Shown piece by piece: positions 8,250 through 16,058 of a DNA stretch of 17,822 bases (its first letter is position 1; every line of letters starts with the position of its first letter). The stretch covers positions 1 to 17,822 of the forward strand of contig CAYLZE010000108.1 of NCBI GenBank assembly GCA_964388035.1, written 5' to 3'. Source of the DNA: an uncultured archaeon (GTDB taxonomy: Archaea > Asgardarchaeota > Lokiarchaeia > Sigyniarchaeales > SOKP01). A program made the position numbers and the translations under genes. The notes under the pieces were generated by a model. It saw only the letters and a list, made by a program, of their open reading frames with translations, made no database searches and was not told the origin of the DNA.

Positions 8250-8267
8250 TTTAAATAGATCTATTTA
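8250..8267 (+). promoter_or_regulatory. vapBC TATA box overlapped by a perfect 16-bp palindrome (autoregulatory operator candidate)
   Basis: TTTAAATA (8250-8257) ends 22 nt before ATG 8280, suggesting a leaderless transcript; TAAATAGATCTATTTA (8252-8267) is its own reverse complement. Confidence 0.65.
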
Positions 8268-8279
8268 TAATAAATATAC

Positions 8280-8498
8280 ATGACCCAGAAAACTGTATCA
8301 CTATCTGAACAAGTGTATGAACTGCTTAAACGGGAAAAGAGAGAGGGGGAGTCCTTTTCTGATGTAATTGAACGATTGTTAACAAGAGAAAAGAATCCTT
8401 GGATAACGATACAAAAAAAATTCGATCCCGAAGTATTTGAAGGGTTAAAAGAAAGAATAAGTAGGATAAGGGAAGAAGATTTGACCGGAAGCGATTAA
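8280..8498 (+). CDS. vapB: Archaeal VapB antitoxin (UPF0330/DUF217 family)
   Basis: KTVSLSEQVYELLKREKREGESFSDVIERL signature; 1 nt from the PIN gene. Confidence 0.9.
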   Translation: MTQKTVSLSEQVYELLKREKREGESFSDVIERLLTREKNPWITIQKKFDPEVFEGLKERISRIREEDLTGSD

Positions 8499-8499
8499 C

Positions 8500-8928
8500 A
8501 TGGAAAAAATCATGGAAACAGACGTTGTAATTGATTATTTAAGGGGTAAATCTCCAGATATTACCGAGAAAATCATTAATATGATAGAAAAAGGTACTGA
8601 ACTCATAATAACCCAAATTACTGTTAGCGAATTATGGTATGGTGTATTTAGTTTAAAGTCTAAAAAAAAGCAAATTTCTGAAGCTAAAACTTTAAATGAT
8701 TTCCTTTTAAATTTGATAGATATCAAGACAATAGATAATGCTGCCAGCAAGATTTACGGAGAGATTTGTGCGGAATTAGATAGAGCAGGATTAAGGGTTC
8801 CAAAATTTGATTTATTAAACGCATCAATAGCTATCTCTAATAAAATTAATCTTATTACCCGCGATAAAAGGCATTATTCAAGGATCAACGAATATTCAGA
8901 CTTTAATTTCCTTGAATTATGGAATTAA
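8500..8928 (+). CDS. vapC: VapC PIN-domain ribonuclease toxin
   Basis: ETDVVIDYL, ITQITVSELWYG, FDLLNASIA, LITRDKRHY; 142 aa. Confidence 0.92.
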   Translation: MEKIMETDVVIDYLRGKSPDITEKIINMIEKGTELIITQITVSELWYGVFSLKSKKKQISEAKTLNDFLLNLIDIKTIDNAASKIYGEICAELDRAGLRVPKFDLLNASIAISNKINLITRDKRHYSRINEYSDFNFLELWN

Positions 8929-8994
8929 GCATGTATTTAAATCACACAATATACTCCTTATAATTAAATCCGGATATTTGTCCAAAAACGTGGC

Positions 8995-9027
8995 TTATTC
9001 ATTAAAGCAAGTTGGAAATTTAGGCAT
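8995..9027 (-). pseudogene. hicA: HicA toxin N-terminal stub
   Basis: ATG at 9027 overlaps the hicB end (GATGCCTAA) and reads MPKFP, the typical HicA start MPK[LF]P; similarity is then lost and TAA follows after 10 codons. Confidence 0.45.
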
Positions 9028-9244
9028 CAATAGTCAAGCTTATTGCATATTTTAGAGTGTCATTTTCAGTAGGAATTTCCTCCCAATGAGCATGCAAGCT
9101 TTCAAGATATAATATTATTGCTTCGTTGGCCATCAAAAGAGCATCCTCAATCGTATCACTAAAAGTAACACGACCGCGTAAACTTGGGACAATTACAGTA
9201 TAATCACCTCCTGGTTCTTTTCGGTTTTTTTAAAATACCCTCAT
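9020..9244 (-). pseudogene. hicB: HicB family antitoxin pseudogene
   Basis: Minus strand reads MRVF*KNRKEPGGDYTVIVPSLRGRVTFSDTIEDALLMANEAIILYLESLHAHWEEIPTENDTLKYAISLTIDA*. This is the HicB pattern (Y-x-V-x-VP-x-L-x-G...T-x-E-x-A-x4-EA), with a premature TAA at 9232-9230 and the usual LPGC...G degraded to LRGR...S. Confidence 0.85.
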
Positions 9245-9505
9245 TCTTTCAACGTTCTCTCTATTGAAGGTTAGATTTTGATATATATATGATGAATTCA
9301 ATATTTTTCTGTATTGATTGAACGGATTACATTTTCCTTTTTGTATTCAATAGAAATTTTAATGCTTTCCACTATAAACTTGAAGTAGCTTAAAAACAAA
9401 TATTGGGGAATCCAAAGATATAAATGTCTTATCGGTTGAAATGCTAGTAAAAATGAACAATCTCAACATTTAACAAATAAATTAAACGAATATGAGGTGT
9501 TAAAA

Positions 9506-10030
9506 ATTCCACCACATTGCGATACCTTAGATGGTCCGGTAGTATTAGCCGCAAAAGAGGCATTAAAAAATCAAAATGTTAATTTAATTCTTCCTTGGGT
9601 ATATAAAGAAGGAGAGAAGGAAGTGAAAGATGCTTTTGAAAAAGCTATAAAGGTGTATAATGAGGGGAGCGAGGATGCGAAAAAGCTTGCCGAATATTGG
9701 TTTTTTGAAACCGTCGTTCGCGTGCATCGAGAAGGGGAAGGGGCGTCTTATACGGGGCTAAAACCTGCAGGGTTGGATCCTGGACCAATCATTCCAAAAG
9801 TGGATAAAGCAATAAAAGCGGGAGATATCTCAGAAGTAGTTAACTATATTCAAAAAGCTATTGCAGAAGAAATATCGGAACATTTTAAGCATGTAATGCT
9901 CTCCAAGGATTATGATATTGATGATGTTCCTTCAGCCCGAAAGCACATCAATGCTTATTTACATTTAACTTTATATTCTCATCATTTATATCAATTTATA
10001 AAGAATCCTATCCTACATGAAAACGAATAG
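9506..10030 (+). CDS. DUF6448 family protein
   Basis: PPHCDTLDGPVV, FFETVVRVHREGEGASYTGLKPAG and YSHH motifs. The track GTG 9497 lies inside the SD (GAGGTG 9494-9499), so ATT 9506 is the likely start. Confidence 0.85.
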   Translation: MPPHCDTLDGPVVLAAKEALKNQNVNLILPWVYKEGEKEVKDAFEKAIKVYNEGSEDAKKLAEYWFFETVVRVHREGEGASYTGLKPAGLDPGPIIPKVDKAIKAGDISEVVNYIQKAIAEEISEHFKHVMLSKDYDIDDVPSARKHINAYLHLTLYSHHLYQFIKNPILHENE

Positions 10031-10461
10031 ATAACTCTTCGCGATACGCATCTGAATAGATTATCCTTAGCATAGTAAATTCTTTTTAAATGGAGAGAAG
10101 GCAAATCTTCAAGGGAATGATTATATTGGTTTAGAAAATGAGTCTTGATATAGCTTGGATATCTGTCATATGAATTTATATTTCCTATGAAAGAGAATCT
10201 CGAAACAATTTTTGGTATTCCTAACAATTAGGATATTTTTTTATAAATCTGAAAAACAGTATCACAGCAGGTTAGCCTATATTTGTCGAGCATCACGTTG
10301 TCTTATTAATACACCAATGTCAATAGTAAATGAAGCAATCCTGAAGTTGGCGATGATTAGCCTGATAACTTTAGGGCTGGCCTTTCATCTACTGGAAAGA
10401 TAATTAGAATAAATTCTGAAATTATATAGAAAATTACCAATTATTATAAATAATTTAAAGG

Positions 10462-10929
10462 TTATTCAACAAATATCTCATAACTATTGTTAATTTTAGA
10501 TTTGATTGATTTGGCAAGAGGACACCGTTCCTCAGTTATCTCTAGTATGCGCCGTGCCTTGGATTCTCTTTCCGATGATGGAATCTTCAACACGATTTTT
10601 TGTTCGATTGTTTCCATCATTTTCTCACCTGTCGTTGTACCTACATGTCCCTTGGCTTCAATTATTAACCTATTATATTTAAATTTAGAATTTGATGAAA
10701 CCACTGAAAAAGTTGTTATAAAACACCCGGAAATTGCAGCGATGAAAAAATGTTCGGGAGTGTAGGCTAATTCTCCATTCTCTCCCTTTGGTCCTTCATA
10801 AGCAATGGGAAGCTGGAATTTAATCTCGGGTAAGGAACTATTTTGCGGGTCTTTAACTGCATGTATTCTTTTCCGATTGTCTTCAATAATATCTCCACTC
10901 ACGATTTTCATTTGAAACACATCTGTCAT
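10462..10929 (-). CDS. OsmC/Ohr family protein
   Basis: YEGP...YTPEHFFIAAISGCF and EERCPLAKS with both family cysteines; SD GAGGT upstream of the ATG. Confidence 0.88.
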   Translation of the reverse strand: MTDVFQMKIVSGDIIEDNRKRIHAVKDPQNSSLPEIKFQLPIAYEGPKGENGELAYTPEHFFIAAISGCFITTFSVVSSNSKFKYNRLIIEAKGHVGTTTGEKMMETIEQKIVLKIPSSERESKARRILEITEERCPLAKSIKSKINNSYEIFVE

Positions 10930-11190
10930 TATCTAACCTCTCATGAGATGTAATTTTATTAAAAAATGTAAAGGATAGGAGAAGAAAGTAAAAATTTCTT
11001 TAAGTCTTTTATTATTTGAAGGATAAAGTTAGCTTAGAGGTTAAAGGAAGGTCAATAACTCTTATCTAAATCTCCAAGCATCCACAATTCTCACTTTATT
11101 TTAAATATGTTTTTTTTGATAAAGTCGTGTATTGTTCGTTATTAAGTAGCAAACAACATTAATTATTATCAAGGGAGTTAAATATTATAT

Positions 11191-11823
11191 ATGATTGAGA
11201 ATGAAATCAAAACGGAATCTATTCAAGGAAAGCCTTTTATTGATGAATTTCATGAAGTCTCATGCGAGTATGATAATTTACTCCATGCTTACCCACCTTT
11301 GCAGCAATTCAAGAAACGCTTGAGGAATTTAATTAAGAAAGATTCTTATTATTTTGATTCATATCTCACGCTTGCGGATATTTTAATAGAGGAAAATCAA
11401 TTAGGGGAAGCAAGAAAGCTAATAAAAGAGGGATTTGATAACGCAATAAAAAGATTGACGTGCAATAAGGGAAGATGGCCCAGAATCCTTGAATGGGGAT
11501 ATATGGAAAACCGCCATATCATTAGAATATTGGATAGGTGGGGGATGGATTTATGGGATGATGGAAATACAGAGGAAGCTCTTGATCATTTTAGAAATCT
11601 CTTTAAGAGCAATCCATCCGATAATATCGGTGTCAGATTTAACATTTTAGCAATTCGGATGGGATTAGATTCAAAATATGAAAGGAAATTCGCGTCAACA
11701 ATTCCCGGATTCCTTGATGCACGTAAAGTATTTCAATGGTTTGAGCAAAATTCCAAAAAGTTTCCCGATGAGTTCCAATGGTGGTGGGACAAAATTAAAA
11801 AAGAAGAAAAGGAAATAAAATAA
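11191..11823 (+). CDS. Tetratricopeptide-repeat-like helical protein
   Basis: YFDSYLTLADIL...GEARKLIKEG, LEWGYMENRHIIR and GNTEEALDHFRNLFKSNPSDNIGVRF are typical of a TPR-like uncharacterised family. Confidence 0.75.
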   Translation: MIENEIKTESIQGKPFIDEFHEVSCEYDNLLHAYPPLQQFKKRLRNLIKKDSYYFDSYLTLADILIEENQLGEARKLIKEGFDNAIKRLTCNKGRWPRILEWGYMENRHIIRILDRWGMDLWDDGNTEEALDHFRNLFKSNPSDNIGVRFNILAIRMGLDSKYERKFASTIPGFLDARKVFQWFEQNSKKFPDEFQWWWDKIKKEEKEIK

Positions 11824-12390
11824 AAAGATAAGAAAATAAAACAAGAAGATGAGAGCCATGCATCTCAAATTTATCAATTAAAAATCTCAATAAAAGATAT
11901 CAAAACGCCCATCTGGCGTCGAATTTTAATTTCAAGTCATGTCACTTATGAAGATCTCCATGACGCAATTCAAGAGTTCTTTTATTGGGAAGGGTATCAT
12001 TTGCATGAATTTTATTTCCAGGAAAAGTATTATAATGCTCGCTTTTTAATAATGGGAGCAGATAATGATGAAAACATGGATGAAGATCTTGACTATGACG
12101 CACGGGAAGATGAAATTTACCTTTTTGAGGGGTTTTCAATAGGACAAAAATCAGTGAATTATATCTATGATTTCGGAGATTACTGGGAACATCACATCAA
12201 ATTAGAAAGGATTTTTCCACAGAAGGAAAATTTTCCCTCTCCTCTATGTGTAGGAGGAAAACGTGCAGCTCCTCCCGAGGATTGTGGAGGAATATTTGGT
12301 TATGAAAAAATTCTTAAAATCATTCACAATCCAAAGCATCCTAAATATCAAGAAACAAGGGAATGGGTGGGAAGAAACTTTGACCCCTAA
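11824..12390 (+). CDS. Plasmid pRiA4b ORF-3 family domain (no ATG/GTG/TTG start of its own; possibly part of an interrupted fusion)
   Basis: Same frame as the TPR gene: IYQLKISIKDIKTPIWRRILI...TYEDLHDAIQEFFYWEGYHLHEF...YIYDFGDYWEHHI...CVGGKRAAPPEDCGGIFGY...FDP*. The track ORF at 12001 omits the N-terminal third. Confidence 0.85.
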   Translation, partial: KDKKIKQEDESHASQIYQLKISIKDIKTPIWRRILISSHVTYEDLHDAIQEFFYWEGYHLHEFYFQEKYYNARFLIMGADNDENMDEDLDYDAREDEIYLFEGFSIGQKSVNYIYDFGDYWEHHIKLERIFPQKENFPSPLCVGGKRAAPPEDCGGIFGYEKILKIIHNPKHPKYQETREWVGRNFDP

Positions 12391-12563
12391 GATTTGGGGA
12401 TAGAAATTCAAAAAATGATGCCAAAAAAAATTGAACAAGAATATAGTTCCTAAATAGAAAGACTTATCATCTTAAAAACGAGATATCCTTATGAAAATGA
12501 ATAAAAAATCTATGTTTAGATATTTAATAGTAGAATAATGAAATAAATTAAAAATGAGAGAAC

Positions 12564-12719
12564 ATGTATAAAGAAAATAATGAAGAAGTTCCAATATATG
12601 AAAGACTAGCACCTGGAGAATGTTTAGTAATATCAAAGGACAAGAATGGCATATTAGTTGTGTGCAATAAATACGGTAAAATCGAAATGAGCAAAGTTCC
12701 TTATCCTAAGGAAGGTTAA
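12564..12719 (+). CDS. Small 51-aa hypothetical protein (not in ORF track)
   Basis: MYKENNEEVPIYERLAPGECLVISKDKNGILVVCNKYGKIEMSKVPYPKEG*; ATG start, protein-like beta-strand periodicity, two Cys. Confidence 0.65.
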   Translation: MYKENNEEVPIYERLAPGECLVISKDKNGILVVCNKYGKIEMSKVPYPKEG

Positions 12720-13045
12720 AGTGATTTAAGTAGTGTAATTTTTAATATAGATTTAAATGATCTGTTAAATCGAAATGAACAATTTTTAAAGTAGATTAGT
12801 ATAGGTAAGGAAAAAAAAGAAACCTCTTAACTTACTCTTATTCGAGATTCTTATTGCGGTATTTTTTATAAATTTTCTAAAAATTTTGGGTTTTCAATCG
12901 TGGAAGCTAAATTATTACAACTGAAATTCCTATAAAACCTAATGAAAATATTCATGCATAAACTCAAAATTATTCATTAAATGCCATTAGAAATAAATCA
13001 GTATTTAAGGATTTTTATTTAAATGAGAATTACTTTATATAAATC

Positions 13046-13684
13046 ATGGAAATAGACTTAGATTTTCCCTATAAAATAGTATTAAAAGAAGAATATTTGG
13101 TACTGAAACCAGATGTTTCGGAAGAGAAGTTCTGGGAAATTTCTAACGAAGATACAAATTTCGAACTTTTAAATGGGGTGCTATATATTAATTCTCCTGC
13201 TAACCGAGAACATGAAGAAATTTTTAAATATTTACTAATTATATTCTCATATTATTTAGAAACAATTGAAAAAGGGAAAGTATATGGCTCCCGATTTGCC
13301 ATGCGATTATCTCCAACCTGGATCCCTGAACCTGATCTAATGATACTATTACCTCCAAACTATGACAAAATTAAAGAGACCCGAGTAGAAGGTGCTCCAG
13401 ATTTAGTCGTCGAGATCTTATCAAAAAGTACGAAAGATGTAGATATTCAGAAAAAATTACCAAAATATCTAATGGAGGGTATTAAAGAGGTGTGGATGAT
13501 CAATCCGATGAATAAAGAGATCGAAATTTTTTGGGAAAATGAATCGAGGACTTGGCAGGAAGAAAATATAGAAGAATCCGTGATTTCTGTCGTACTACCC
13601 AAACTTAATTTTCGACCTAAATGGTTATGGCACAGGGAACAATTTCCTGCGAGCTCAGTCCTCAATCTAATCGAGAAGAAGTAA
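13046..13684 (+). CDS. Uma2 (DUF820) family PD-(D/E)xK endonuclease
   Basis: ELLNGVLYINSPANREHE, PEPDL, GAPDLVVEILSKST, KKLPKY...GIKEVWMINP. Confidence 0.92.
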   Translation: MEIDLDFPYKIVLKEEYLVLKPDVSEEKFWEISNEDTNFELLNGVLYINSPANREHEEIFKYLLIIFSYYLETIEKGKVYGSRFAMRLSPTWIPEPDLMILLPPNYDKIKETRVEGAPDLVVEILSKSTKDVDIQKKLPKYLMEGIKEVWMINPMNKEIEIFWENESRTWQEENIEESVISVVLPKLNFRPKWLWHREQFPASSVLNLIEKK

Positions 13685-14001
13685 TCAAATTTTCTCTCTT
13701 TCTGCCTTCTTGTTCAGTTTGGAGTAAAAAGCGGTAGATTAATTGTTTCAATATATTCGGTAATTTAATTGGATGTTACGATCTAATTAATTTAACCTTC
13801 AATTAGAATTTTTACTCTAATATCAAACTTAAGGTAATATAATTAACTAAAAACTTCTAAATATGAAATAGAATTAAATAATATCAAATTTTAATAATTA
13901 AATGGCTTAATAAATAATTATGAGTAATTTTGGTTATTCAACATATCTAAGCAATAAATTTAAGATTTTAAATCAATATAATATAGTAGAGGCTTAAAAT
14001 T

Positions 14002-14187
14002 ATTGCTACAGACCAGGAAAATATATTACAAAGGATTAAACATTTGCCCGATGATATTAATATGGAGGATATTATCGAATCTATTTAAATGAGATATAAA
14101 ATTTTAAAGGGTTTAAATGATTCTGAGGGAGACCGAATATATTCACAAAAAGAGGCAAACAAGATATTAACAAAATGGTTAGAGTGA
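14002..14187 (+). pseudogene. Antitoxin of RelE/ParE-type module, premature stop
   Basis: (I)ATDQENILQRIKHLPDDINMEDIIESI*MRYKILKGLNDSEGDRIYSQKEANKILTKWLE*; LPDD...KI-x-KGL-x-D...EA...KW antitoxin pattern; TAA at 14086; overlaps the toxin ATG. Confidence 0.8.
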
Positions 14188-14465
14188 AATGGACCAAGAA
14201 TGCCCTTGAAGATCTAGATGAAATAGCTCATTATATTTCTAGGGACTCACCAAAATTTGCCAAAATTACGGTTTCTCGAATTTTCGAAATGGCGAGCCAT
14301 TTAGAATAATTTCCCAAATTAGGCAAGAACGTCCCAGAATATAATGATCCTAATCTCCGCGAAAATTTAAATAAAAATTATAGAATTATCTATCTTATTA
14401 AGGATGTACAATTAGAAATTATTTCTGTAATGCATAATAGTCGTAAGTTAAATCTTTTTTATTAA
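14175..14465 (+). pseudogene. RelE/ParE family toxin, premature stop
   Basis: MVRVKWTKNALEDLDEIAHYISRDSPKFAKITVSRIFEMASHLE*FPKLGKNVPEYNDPNLRENLNKNYRIIYLIKDVQLEIISVMHNSRKLNLFY*; full length with in-frame TAA at 14307. Confidence 0.88.
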
Positions 14466-14594
14466 CAGAAATTTAAAACTTGAACCATAATAAAACAGTA
14501 AATGAGAATGTGGATTTCTAAACCCAAATGATTTGAGATTTAATCACGTGAGATTTAATTAAATGTTAAATGGGTAAGAAGCCTCAGGACAAAT

Positions 14595-16058
14595 TTATTC
14601 AATTCTTACAATTTTAATTGGAGTTAAACCATTCCATACGATTTTATACCCTATGAGTTCTAAAGCCTTATCGGTTAAATTATATTTATCTAATATTCCT
14701 TTAATTTCAGAGAATTGTCTTTTTTGACCGATTTCTTTACTTAAATCATCTAAAAAGTCTTGGGAAACAACTTTTTTCCCCACAATAAAATATCCCGGAA
14801 GTTCTAATTGTTCTAATGTTTTTGGGTTTATATTAAGTTCTTTCGCTTTAGACTCTAAATCCACTATTTTCTCCTTTAATTGAATATTTTGCACATGTGA
14901 TAATTCTTGTTCTATTCTCTTTTCTTCTTCTCTTTTAAGAATTTCTAAGATCGGTTTAACAGGGATCCTTTTTTTATAGAAAATGACCTTATCGGGAAAG
15001 TCTGCCCTCGAGCATTTTAAGTTTTGATTGACCGCAACGATAATCTTAGTTTCCGTTTGGTTAAGCTTCTTAATCTTCTTCTGAATATATTCGGGTGTCC
15101 AAAAGCCCACTACTTCTAAATAAATGGTAATATCACCCTTATAAAATCCGAAGTCCGGAATAATTACATGATTCCCCGCCTTAATGAAGGTAGGTTCTCG
15201 TTTTATTTCCCAATCTGGGGCATGAAGTAAAATCGCTTTATAAAATTGCTCTTCAACTTCGCTGTCGAATTCAACGTCTTCTTTCTTAGAAGTGGGAAGA
15301 GGAATAGTATTTTTTGAGTTTAAATTAAAGGTAAAAATTCTTAATTCATTTCCTCGTTCCATCTCAATTTTCGCTTCGATGGACCAATTATTTGATTTTA
15401 TAATATAAGGGATTAGTTTGGCAAAACTACTCCCATATCTTTTTGTATTTTTTATTAATGAAACGGGACCGTTAACCTTTATCTCTGTTCCATCGGTTTC
15501 ATACATTAATCCAAGATAGTTAATGGTTCTATAAACTTGTTGATAGGCTTCATCAACAGTAAAAGTCATTTCCGTGGCATTAAATAAAAGAGTTTGAGTT
15601 AATGATAAATTATATTCTTGAACAAGCTTTTCTGGATCCAAAACACCGATTTTTGTTAGCACGTGTTCTTCTTCTAAATCGGCAAACATCCCTTTTTCAA
15701 TATCTTGTTTCAGAGTGCCATATTCTTCAGAAATGGCTTGGACTATTAGACTTCTTTCATTTTCATCAATGACAAAACCCCTTTCAAACAGTTTTCTTCT
15801 TATTTTAACCGCATCCAAATTCGTGCTTTGAGCAAATTCGCACTTTCTTTTAATTAACTCCGCTAACCCACGAATCCGTTTATAATCAGATCTTCCCGAT
15901 TCAAAATTTTTTATTTCTCTTCTTATTGTCTTTAGTTTTTTTCCCTCGTTTTCTTTAAAAATTGAGATTATTTGCTCTGGCAATTCCAAATCAAATAAAT
16001 AGCTGGGCGTGATATTGCCCCCCTTAAAATCTACAATAAGCAAGGTTTTAGCCAGCAT
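14595..16058 (-). CDS. bax1: DUF790 family endonuclease (Bax1, XPB partner)
   Basis: YNLSLTQTLLF, GPVSL...RYG, FDSEVE, WEIKREP, IPDF, LEVVGFWTPEYIQKK motifs; ATG abuts the helicase stop (TAAATG), with GGAGGA upstream. Confidence 0.9.
   Translation of the reverse strand: MLAKTLLIVDFKGGNITPSYLFDLELPEQIISIFKENEGKKLKTIRREIKNFESGRSDYKRIRGLAELIKRKCEFAQSTNLDAVKIRRKLFERGFVIDENERSLIVQAISEEYGTLKQDIEKGMFADLEEEHVLTKIGVLDPEKLVQEYNLSLTQTLLFNATEMTFTVDEAYQQVYRTINYLGLMYETDGTEIKVNGPVSLIKNTKRYGSSFAKLIPYIIKSNNWSIEAKIEMERGNELRIFTFNLNSKNTIPLPTSKKEDVEFDSEVEEQFYKAILLHAPDWEIKREPTFIKAGNHVIIPDFGFYKGDITIYLEVVGFWTPEYIQKKIKKLNQTETKIIVAVNQNLKCSRADFPDKVIFYKKRIPVKPILEILKREEEKRIEQELSHVQNIQLKEKIVDLESKAKELNINPKTLEQLELPGYFIVGKKVVSQDFLDDLSKEIGQKRQFSEIKGILDKYNLTDKALELIGYKIVWNGLTPIKIVRIE

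Noticed and set aside
9991-10403. Track ORFs 9991-10227 (-) and 10212-10403 (+)
   Set aside because: No family motif or SD in any frame; may be decayed coding debris but cannot be identified.
6956-14309. Stop-codon recoding, since all six in-frame interruptions are TAA (6956, 9230, 11821, 12388, 14086, 14307)
   Set aside because: TAA is the normal terminator of intact genes here (aor, vapB, vapC, xpb, bax1). The interrupted positions imply different original residues (likely Leu, Tyr, Lys, Glu), as expected from single substitutions in an AT-rich genome.
6150-14500. Integron cassette array (many small, mostly co-oriented TA genes)
   Set aside because: No repeated RYYYAAC...GTTRRRY attC-like palindromes between genes and no tyrosine integrase seen by eye; genes carry their own promoter-like signals. 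IntegronFinder would settle it.
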